In this document: piece by piece, positions 34,691 through 44,722 of the stretch | Layout: every line of letters starts with the position of its first letter | Position numbering within the stretch: position 1 is the stretch's first letter | From: Gekko japonicus | Taxonomy: Eukaryota | Length of the DNA: 64,000 bases | Assembly: GCF_001447785.1 (NCBI RefSeq) | Contig: NW_015160876.1 | Location: 224,713-288,712 of the forward strand | Direction: 5' to 3' | Made by a program: the position numbers and the translations under genes | Notes under the pieces: model-generated | What the model saw: only the letters and a program-made list of their open reading frames with translations | What the model was told of the DNA's origin: nothing | Databases searched by the model: none

Positions 34691-36533
34691 TGGAACATTT
34701 ATTTGAATGTTGAAATTCCCCTGATCCAGTGAACCGTTTTCCTGATCCAAGGAACCCTATCCCCACTATCTATTAGAGTTCAGAAACAGCTTACATTTGA
34801 ATAAAGTATAGGTCAGTTGACTTGTTGCTTTCTCTTCACAGTAAAGTTTCTGTGCATGCCTGAGACTACTGTCAAGTTGAGAGGTTTTTTTGTGGAGAAT
34901 ACTATCTAATCGGACCATGAGATTGTGAGCCTAAGGTCCAGTTCAAATTATATTCTGTTTTTTTTCCATTTCTTTCCTCGCCACCAATCTCCTCTTATGA
35001 TCTAGGTAGTGTATTAGAACATGCAGCATTCAGCATCAGCATATTGGTGATCTTAGGCTGCTGTATCCTGCTGGTTGACAACTTCCTCATCAACACTTCT
35101 CATCTGAGCGTGTTGAGGACAGAGGGAAGTGAGGAGCACATGGTCCACACTACATTCTTGATTTCATTGAAATCGATATGTTTAGGATTAGAAAGCTCTT
35201 CTCCTTTGTAACTGGGAAAATGTACAAATTATATGCTTTGGATCTTGATTGGAAGGTGAAGTATATAATTCCCTTCTTGCATTTTCTCTAAGCACTTCAG
35301 CACTTGTAACTACTATTGGGATTAAAAAAAAAAACACAGTAATCTATTGTAGATTCTGCTTTTGTAATAAACCTGGAAGCATAGCGCAGTTGGTGAGTTT
35401 TCATTTTTATGATGGATGCAGATGTTTAGGGGTGACAAAGAAGTCTTCTTCCCCCTCTCTGGGCCTCCAGTGGGTAGATTTAATTAGCATGTTGCTAGAT
35501 AGGGCTTCTCAGCAGAAGTAGCTGGCTGAGTGCAAAGAGCAGTTACATTCTATTTTTGATTATGTTAGCATAGGATCTCTACTGCTGCCAGCCCCTGCAG
35601 TTCTTGGGGCTGTAATAGATCTGGCCTTGGGTTTCCATTTGATTCTCTTGTTTTGATTCTCTTGCAGCACAGTGTATCTTTGATACACTTTTCTTAGAAC
35701 ATTAGAAGTGGCTCAGGTACCCAAGACTGTTGTGTATATATAATCCTGGTTCTCAAAAAAAGCTTTTGCAGTGAACCTGAATTCTGTACGACTCTGCTAA
35801 AATTGCCACGAAAGTAACTAAGGGGTAGTTCACACATTAATTTTCATTGATTTTTCTTCTACATGATTTTTCTTCTACATGAACTGATTGTGTGAAGAAA
35901 GTGCTGTGTATACAAGTGTACTTTTCAGAGATTTCTATAATCATGGCAACCATGCAATTTGTTTGCCAGATAATTGTTGTACAGAGAAATTTCAGGAGAG
36001 GGGGGGGACGGGGACCGAATTATGCTGATGTATACATTTCCATAGCTAGTAGTTTTAATAACCCTTTGATTGATGGGCTTTTCATTTCATTGATGAGCAA
36101 GTAGCAACTATCTAGCAATGAAATGATATTAAAAGGTTCTTTGCTATGATTGTATAACTCCTCCTTATGATCGGCATAATTATGCATGGGACTTACTTTG
36201 GTTTAAATTTGCAAAGAAAACAGCCAAAAAGATGTCTGGTATTGGAAAATCAATTGTAGGTGTGCCATTGGAGAAACTTGCCACCATTTGATTCTCCAAA
36301 CCTCCCATTTAGAAGAAAGATGTGTCAGAAAAGAAAATTTTTCCAAAAGCTAATAAGAAAATAAGATACTGTATAACTCCATAACTAAGAAAATTTGGAA
36401 TTGAGGAAAATATTTTTATAGCTGTCATATATCCTTTCTTTAAAAATCAACTAATTTTTTAAAGGAAAGTTATTGTCAAGCTCAGGCCTAACTTTCATTT
36501 CTCTAAGTTTTGCTTTCTTCCCTTCCCTTCGCT

Positions 36534-36880
36534 TGTAATGTTGAGTTGTGTGTTGTATGAGTGCATGGGGGTAGTAGCCATAACAGTTTCTCAAGTTGTG
36601 CCCCAAGAGTTGATTCTCATGAGATTGACCTTGGAGACTCTCTGTGCCTAGGCTAGGTTAGATAGGGCACCATATATCTGTCTGTGTTGCCATAGAAATG
36701 CTTGGGGGTAGGTGTGATGTATGGGTTTGTGGAATTTTATGCTTTTACCTATAACCTGTGATTTCCCATGGTTTTCTTCAGTCCTAACAAAAGTTCTTGT
36801 ACCCGCAGCAAGCAAATCTCTAATAAAGCACTTCACTGCCAATAGTGTGTGTGGAGAGTGTCTTAGCTGGGGACCTGACA
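36534..36880 (+). mobile_element. Probable LTR
   Basis: TGTAATG...CCTGACA ends, TATA-like CTATAA at ~36749, AATAAA at 36822; no TSD seen. Confidence 0.5.
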
Positions 36881-36899
36881 GATTGTTAGGACTCCTTCA

Positions 36900-37571
36900 T
36901 TTCTCTCGCACTGGATCCCAACCTTCAAACACCATAAGCCAGCATCCCCAGGTTCTAAATCCTTTTCCCCCTCCAGGAAAGGCAACGGCGGGCTGTCATA
37001 GCCATAAAGGGCTTTGAATGGAGATAACCCGGTAGAGGTGTGGCATGTATTGTTGTAGCAAAACTCAGCCAGAGGCAATGTCATGCCAGTCATCTTGTTG
37101 ATAGTTTGTGAAGCACCAGAGATATTGTTCCAGAGTCTGATTAACTCTCTCCGTTTTTCCATCAGTTTCTGGGTGGTAAGCACTGCTCAAGCCCCTCTCC
37201 ACCCCCATAATTTTCATTAATTCCCCCCAAAACTTAGAAATGAATTGGGTTCCCCTGTCGGATATCACTTTGCTGGGCAGCATATGGAGGCGTACGATAT
37301 GCAACATAAAAGCCTTGGCCAAGGCTTTGGCTGTCGGTAAGGAAGTAAAGGGGATGAAGTCCGCTTGTTTAGAAAAAAGGTCAATCACCACCCAAATTAC
37401 AGTCATGGATTTGCTGGACGGCAAGTCTGTTATAAAATCCATAGAGATTACTTCCCACGACCAATGTGGAGTGGGGAGGGGTTTCAACAAACCTGGGACC
37501 TTCCCGGGACGTGGTTTACTCATGGCACATACTTGACACAATTGAACAAACGCTGATAAATCTTTGCGCAC
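36900..37571 (-). mobile_element. Ty3/Gypsy integrase fragment (frameshifted)
   Basis: CQVC zinc-finger half, GLLKPLPTP..W..ISMDFITDLP, SDRGTQF, SSAYHPETDGKTERVNQTLEQYL, LPLAEFCYNN, TGLSPF. Confidence 0.92.
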
Positions 37572-37649
37572 CTTAACCTCTGAGCCACTGCAGCCCCAAG
37601 GTCCCTATATAGTTGGTTAAAATAGATAAACTATACACTAGGAGGTATA

Positions 37650-38204
37650 GGTCTAATTGATGATGGGACTTTGTTTCTTATCTGAAACCAATCGCCAAAA
37701 CAGGGAAGAATTTTTCTGTTTAGCCGCTGAAATTAATTCAGACCATAACAAATTGGTATAATTTTTCTTTTGGGGGGCAATTAAATGTTTATAGACCTTT
37801 TTTGGGGACCAAAGCTCTTGCTGAATTTCCATTCTTAAATTACTATTTAATTTCTTAAATGAATAATAAATAGCTGAAAGCACTTTTCTTGCTCTTTGGC
37901 AATCTAAGTCAAACCACGGTTTAGAGTTTCTCTGACAATTTAGGGGTTGACGTTTAGTTCCAGATAAAAAAGTTTTAAACTCTTGAATGAGTTTACTATA
38001 TATTGATAAAGGATTATTCTGTAAATTAGGTTCCCAGCAGATCTTTACAATTGTATGAAGATCTTTATCATCAATCGCCTCTCTAAGCTTCCTCTGTATC
38101 TGAGATGACCATCTAGCTCTACAGCTTAATGTTAGTGAAGATCCTTCACATACTGAGAGGGCTGCATTTGAGGTTGAAAGACAGATTGAAACTGGAGGAA
38201 CCAT
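37650..38204 (-). mobile_element. LINE ORF2 EN-RT linker fragment (RTEX-like)
   Basis: KPWFDLDC...YKHLI..KKNY...W..L..A....NSSLFWRLV pattern. Confidence 0.6.
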
Positions 38205-38249
38205 AAGGCATTTTTGTAAAAACTGCTTTTTCTTAATCTTTTATTCTAG

Positions 38250-38309
38250 CTCCCTGCCGACCTTGCAGTGACACGGAAGTGCTCTTGGCAGTCTGCACTA
38301 GTGATTTTG
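38250..38309 (+). CDS. METRNL: Meteorin-like protein, 60-nt third coding exon
   Basis: ttattctag|CTCCCTGCCGA...GATTTTG|gtaagt; in phase 1 gives (A)PCRPCSDTEVLLAVCTSDF, the conserved METRNL motif; phases match both neighbouring exons. Confidence 0.96.
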
Positions 38310-40059
38310 GTAAGTTTAATTTATCTCTTTGCTATCATTTTACTTCACCATCTCTCTCTCTAAATCATCATTCTTCCCTTATGGTGGTAATCCTCAGGAT
38401 TTGTTCTGAAGAAAACTTCACAAATAGTCAACAGCCTGATAACCCCAGATGTAACAAACAAGAAAAACTCCTTTCCTCCCCTCTGGAGTAAACAAAGTGC
38501 ATTCAAGAACAACAATGCGAGGGGGGGGCTTTATGGGTTTTAGCTCTGAAGAACTTCAGACCATTGTATTTGGCTAGTGCTGTTTTGCAGTGGACAAAGG
38601 GAGACCTAGTGCAGTAATGGAAGTGGAAGTTCAAAGGTTTGTAGAGGATAAGCAATAGAAATGTTCCTCTTGCTAAATCCTTTTTAGCTAATCTTAGCTA
38701 AATGCTAAGGATCCTAAATAGATCCCTGACAAAAACCAAAGATGCATTTTTAAAGGGGGATGAGTTCAGTAATTGCATTATGCTGGAGATGGACCTGGGT
38801 CTTTCCCCACATGCACCAAATATAACAAAAATATGAGAGCAGTCCCTAGTCAGAAATGGGATTATGTTATGGCTGCAGAGGATTTGCAGTTTAAGCTGAT
38901 CCACAAAAATTGGCAGTTAACATTGTGATGGTAAAATGGTCCTAATGAGTTCTGTTATTCATTTATACTACCCCCCCCCCCGTGGGGACACAAGTGGCTA
39001 ACAGCATTTTCCCTTCCTCCATTTTATCACATTACCTAAGAAGAGAATAGGCAATAGATGTACTGTAGCTTACTGATATTATATTACTCTGAGTAGCTTT
39101 TGCCCAAGAGAAAGCTTGTGTTTGTCAATCAGGGGTCTGAAAGTCTGCAGATCTCCTGTTGTTATAGTTGGGCCAACAAAAGGTGTATTTCCTTATCTGT
39201 ACTGTGCCTCCCAAGAGACAAATAATTATGCCTGAAGTGATTTCTGAGGTAGCTATTTAACTATCATAAAGAGGAAAATAACATTAAAGCAATTTTCCCA
39301 CGCTTGGAATTTACAGTAAATGTTATAATGAAACAGCTGGGCATGTCTGGTCCTGGGCATATGTTGCAGATATAAATACAGTCCACCACTACGGCAAACA
39401 TAGTGGGCAGTATTCTGAACAGAAGCAAATAGAGATAACCCTAAAACACTGCAGTGGGATTGCTCCAAGTCTGCCTTGATGTAAAATGTTACCCAGACAG
39501 GTGATTGCTTGCTGGGAGTGGCAGAGTGCCAGAGAAGTTAACTTTAATGTTATTGGGCCATTAATAGAAAGCAATTGAAATGTTCCTTCTGAACCTTGCT
39601 ATGAGTATTTAATTTTCCTAACAATGCTTGCCCATTTGATGTTAACCTCTGTAGGATGAGTTCCTTGCAGTATGCAAAAATGGAGATCATTGGAGTCTCC
39701 CCTTTTCAGTCTCCTGCAGCTCAGAGAGCTCATTGTTCATAGGCACAGGTGTTAACTAAATTTCCTGTATTTCATAAAGCCTGAAAAGGACATTGTTGCT
39801 TGTAGTAGATGGAGCCTCATGAGCATACAATGATCTTTCCCTCCCTCATAATAGCCAATGGGTCACACATGAGTTGCTTTTGTAATTCTTAGAATTCATA
39901 TTGAAGGCTTCTATGCAAAGTACATATTCTCCAGAATGGGTGACCATAAAGGATGTACTAGAATAGGCTGGTGGTTCCACCCCCCCTCCCCAGTTGATCT
40001 TGTTCTGCAATCAGTTCTTGCATGGGAAAGTAAATTTGAATTACCCAAATTTGAGGAGA

Positions 40060-40250
40060 GGCTGTGGCTTGCTGGCAAAGCATCTGCTTGGCATGTAAAA
40101 GGTCCCAGATTCAATCCCCGGCATATCCAGTTAAAGGATCAGGCGATGTGAAAGACCTCAGCCTGAGACCCTGGAGGGCCCCTGCTGGTCTGAGTAGACA
40201 CTATTAACTATTAACCAAGGGTCTGATTCAGTATAAAGCAACTTCATGTG
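40060..40250 (+). mobile_element. tRNA-derived SINE (Squam2-like)
   Basis: GGCTGTGGCT..GCATCTGCTTGGCATG..GGTCCCAGATTCAATCCCCGGCAT..GGGTCTGATTCAGTATAAAGCAACTTCATGTG. Confidence 0.8.
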
Positions 40251-40268
40251 TATCTAGAAGGATGGAAC

Positions 40269-40943
40269 TAGGGGTGTGCATTCGGTTCATCTGAAGCGAA
40301 TGCACCCCCGAAAATGGCCCATCCGGGCCCCTTTCAGGCTGCTGTGGGCCGTTTCAGATTCTCTGATCTGAATTGGCTTGCTGCTGAATTGCCGCCGAAT
40401 TTCGGCGGCAATTCAGCCCCATTATATCCTATGGGCCATTGAAGTCAATGGCGAAAACATAGGGTATATTCTGGGGGCTGGAGGGGAGGTGGTTTGAGGG
40501 AGAGGCTCCAAACTTGCAGGGTAGCTGCTGGAGCATTTCCTCAAGATACCCACCATGTTTCAAGGACATTGGACCAGGGGGTCCAATTCTACGGGGCCCC
40601 AAACAGGTTCTACGGGCCCTGTAGAATTCGACACCCCCCCCGGTCCAATGTTCTTGAAACCTGGTGGGTATCTTGGGTAGATGCTCCAGCAGCTTCTCTG
40701 CAAGTTTGGGAGCTCTCCCTCAAACCCCCTCCCCTCCAGCTCCCAGAATATACCCTATGTTTTCGCCATTTACTTCAATGGCCCATAGGATATAATTGAC
40801 ATTCGGCTGGCCGAAAGACTCCCAAATCGGCTCTTACTGCCAAAATTGACATGCGGGAGTCTTTCTGCCAGCCGAAATTGATTCTGCTTGATTTGGCCGA
40901 ATCCAAATCAGGCCAAATTATTATTTTTTTGTGACATCAGCTA
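40269..40943. mobile_element. Non-autonomous hAT element with long central palindrome
   Basis: Starts TAGGGGTGTGCA; 8-bp TSD GATGGAAC at 40261-40268 and 40944-40951; inverted repeat at 40421-40796. Confidence 0.85.
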
Positions 40944-41946
40944 GATGGAACAAATCTGAAAAAACTTTTCATCCAATAGTCATTCAATAGAAAAATTAGG
41001 TCCCCTTGGCTAGTCGGGGCATACAAACTTAAGTACATCCCCAAGTTATATTTCATTTCTGGAAACTGAATAGACTATCAAGTACCTTTTTTTTTTTTTT
41101 TTTTTTCCAATTGGTTTCAATTTTTTTTATAAATGTAACACCTAAGAATGTCTACAGCTACTTAGATAATTTGAGTGACCGAACTTTTAAGATCATGCTT
41201 TAATTTGCTGAGAAAAACTCTTCAGCACAGAAAACTGCAAAAACAATTGTAAGAAATCTTAATTGGACCATGTGTCATAAATATTTAATATCCTAAACGT
41301 GTAAAAAATTCCCTTGTGTCTTAAGACTTTGGTGCAGGAGTTTAACATACAATGGTTTGGATCCAGTGATCAGCTGACCCAAGCACTGCAGATCTTCCCT
41401 GTTTTATTTCCCCAGAGTCCCCTGCCCCCAGCGCAGCAGTCCCTCCTCATCATAGGAAAATTTATTTCCAAGCATCATGAGACCACTCCTCCTTCAGTCA
41501 GCAGAGCTCCAGAGGTAGTTGTCCTGGTGGAAGAGGCAGGGCTGAGTGATTCATCCTCTTTCCCCAGCCCACTGAAACCTCACACTCTATGTGGCTATTT
41601 CTCCACATGGGTTCCACAACCCTAGGAATCAACTCCCCCAGGATCAGAAGGGGTTGCTGGGGGGGTGGGATAATGGAGAAGAACTGCAACTGTCTTGGCT
41701 TTCTCCTGATTGCTGGATCTGACATGATGGTGTGATCATCTTTTCCTGAGCCTTTCCATAGATTTTGCTATCTGTTGCTCCCATCATGGTATTTCTTCCA
41801 GTAGTCTGGTAAGCCAGTAGCCCAAACATAAAATTATCCAGAATTACATTAACAAGACAGAGAAAGGTTGGCATCTAAGTGTGTTATCAATCTGTATAAT
41901 TTGAATATGCAACACTCCTTAATCTAACTTTATATTTTCTCCCTAG

Positions 41947-42275
41947 TTGTCAGAGGTACCATTCAAAATGTACTTAATGAGGAGGAAGGGCAAGATTCTG
42001 TCATCGATGTGAGTGTGAACAGAATCTACAGGCAGAAAATGAAGATCTTCAAACCTGCAGAGGAAACTGGTATCTGGGAAGGACAGATCAAGACACTGCT
42101 GCAATGTGGGGTGAAACCAGGAGAAGGAGACTTCCTCTTCACAGGCCGCATGCACTTTGGGGAGGCCAGGTTAGGCTGTGCCCCTCGTTTCAAAGACTTC
42201 CAAAGGATGTACAAAGAGGCCAAGGACAGAGGGCTAAATCCATGTGAAATTGGCCCAGACATTCTTCATCTGTAG
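41947..42275 (+). CDS. METRNL: Meteorin-like protein, last coding exon with stop
   Basis: ttttctccctag|TTGTCAGAGG; translates (V)VRGTIQNV...YRQKMKIF...LLQCGVKPGEGDFLFTGRMHFGEARLGCAPRFKDFQRMY...GLNPCEIGPDILHL, TAG at 42273-42275. Confidence 0.96.
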
Positions 42276-42955
42276 GTTTCTCTTGGGTTTCAGCAGAACT
42301 GCCGATGTGCTGATCTAAATGGAAACTAATAACAGAGTGGAATAGAATGAAACAATCTCCTTCATGGAAGAAGACTAGATGAGCATCTTTATCAGGGAAG
42401 GTTTTAGTTGATGAGTTTCTGCTTCTGGAGGCTAGAACTGCGTGACCCTTGAGATACCTTCCAATGCTAAGATCTTATGAATGCAAGAACCACACAAGCC
42501 GATCCTTGTGGTCGATGATACTGTTATGCTAATACAAGTGACTGAGGTACGAATTCTAAAGGATCCAGGGCTTGAATGCAATCCCCCATCTTGTCTGTGT
42601 GAACTAAATTATTTTTGCAGCTTCCTTAGGGAGAAAAACAAAGAAATGACACCACCTCCATGTCTTAAAAATACCAATTGACCAATGAACCTTTGTATCT
42701 TTGTAATACTAAAGTTTTAAAATGTGTTAAGCAGATGTAACATTTTTGCATGGTATAAAATGGAGAAAATCATGGTAGAAGCCGGTGAAACCATCTTAAC
42801 ATTGATGCTTTGTAAAAAGCTTGGTGTACAATTTGAAATTGTTTCTTATGACAGAAATGTATGAAACCAAACTCTCTCTCTCTTTCTTTCTTTCGAATGT
42901 ACAGTTGCCACCTGCAATTTTTGATCAGGCTGGTGAGTTTTTTCCATTCCAGAGA

Positions 42956-42961
42956 AATAAA
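42956..42961 (+). promoter_or_regulatory. Candidate METRNL polyadenylation signal
   Basis: AATAAA ~680 nt after the stop, at the end of an AU-rich, TE-free stretch and followed by GT/T-rich sequence. Confidence 0.45.
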
Positions 42962-43575
42962 AAAAGTTTCTGGATTTGATCTGACGTTATGATTCTTTCG
43001 CCCTTACCTGGCTGTAGCTTGCACAGTTTATTCTCATTTCACCCTAGATGGTAAATTCATATGCAGTTTTGTGATGTGCTCCAGAATCCTGTACTGCTTT
43101 CTGTGCGCAAGTCAAGGTCTCAGTCCTGAACTGTAGCATCCAGAATTGTTCACTGCTCTTGAGACTGTCTCACTGTCCCTCATTTAATATCTCCCTCATA
43201 TTAACTAAGAGTGCGACCTTAACTACATCAGCCTTGCACGGTTTGATAACCAAAGGTACAGTGACAGAAGTTTTGGTAATTACTTCCCATTTATGGAACT
43301 TTTCCCTAGAGGTTTGTGAGGGGTGAGAGGAGGAGGAAGAGAAGGTGATGGGTGGGGAAGGAGCTGGAAGAAGAAGATCGAAGCTGGTGGTGGTGGGGAG
43401 AGCACCTCATGCTGGCTGACTAACTGGTTCACCTCTTTTTTGGGATGGGTGCTTTAAATGCTTTTTAGGTATTACTGTATCTCTTTAATTTAAGGGGTGT
43501 GTGTCTTAGGGTGTGATGTATGTTTTGGTAACTCATGCTCCATTGTAATAATCCATCCAAACATTTTGCTATCAT

Positions 43576-43955
43576 CTAGGATTGCCACGCAGGACCTGGC
43601 AACCAGCGGTTTGGGTGTGTGTATACATGGCAGGGGAGCTTTGATGGAAATGTAAGGATTTCTGTGACAACTAACCGACATCGCTTCTGGGCACATGGGG
43701 AGTGACATCAGCTTGTCTCTGGGGACACACTGTTATTTGATTGTAACTCCTTTTTGCCCAAATGCTATAGTATTCCCAGGCAGTGCTTTGAAGTCACTTC
43801 TGGATGCACAGAGAGTGACATCATGCACTGAGATGCTGCTGGTATTCCCTCCCCCCTCCGCTGCCATTTTCCCCCTCTCTCAGCCAGCTGAGAGGTAGCC
43901 GGGAAGTGCCCACTGGGAACAGGCATCCCCAACCACCCATGGGGTTCTGACAAGT
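43576..43955. mobile_element. Degenerate Blackjack-like MITE
   Basis: TAGGATTGCCA..CTGGCAACC start and an internal imperfect palindrome like that of 30795-31146. Confidence 0.45.
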
Positions 43956-44112
43956 CTGGTACTATCTTACCACAGGAAACCAGTCTTGCCCCCTCACTGG
44001 TTTTACAGACCTCCCTAGGTATTGCCCCATGGTCTTGGTGTATTTTCTGCTGCCATGAGGACTGAAACGCTGGCCTATCCTTATAAAATCAGACTTTTTA
44101 GATGCTGGGGAC

Positions 44113-44290
44113 TAGAGAAGTAAAATTTCCGGAAATTTTGAAGCTCGGAAAAAAACCCGGTTTTTTCGGGGGGGAAAGGAAATTTTCGGAAAAATTGAAA
44201 AAAAATGCTACATTAACATTTCTTTTGTCTTTTCTCGATTGAAAGTCATTCTGTTACTTTACGAACATAAAATATGAGTATGAACATTTT
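44113..44290. mobile_element. DNA transposon end (hAT-like)
   Basis: TAGAGAAGTAAAATTTCCGGAAATTTT with repeated subterminal CGGAAA motifs. Confidence 0.45.
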
Positions 44291-44291
44291 T

Positions 44292-44722
44292 TTGTTGTTC
44301 AGTCGCACAGTCGAGTCCGACTCTTCGCGACCCCATGGACCAGCTCCCGCCAGGCCCTCCTGTCTTCCGCCATTCTCTGAAGTTGGCTCAATTTCATGTT
44401 CGTTGCGTCGATGACACTGTCCAACCATCTCATCCTTTGCCGTCCCCGTCTTCTTTGACCTTCAATCTTTCCCAGCATCAGGGTCTTCTCCAGGGAGTGC
44501 TCCCTTCTCATTTGGTGGCCAAAGTATTTGAGCTTCAGTTTCATTATCTGGCCTTCCAGGGAACAGTCAGGGTTGATTTCTTTGAGGATTGACTGATTTG
44601 TTCTTCTTGCAGTCCAAGGGACTCTCAAGAGTCTCCTCCAGCACCATAGTTCAAAAGAATCTATTCTTCGGCGCTCGGCCTTCCTTATAGTCCAACTCTC
44701 ACAGCCATACATGACTACTGGG
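44292..44722 (-). mobile_element. RTE-BovB LINE, 5'-truncated 3' end
   Basis: VMYGCESWTIRKAERRRIDSFELWCWRRLLRVPWTARR...LKLKYFGH...HGVAKSRTRL; tail CTGAACAACAA. Confidence 0.95.
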
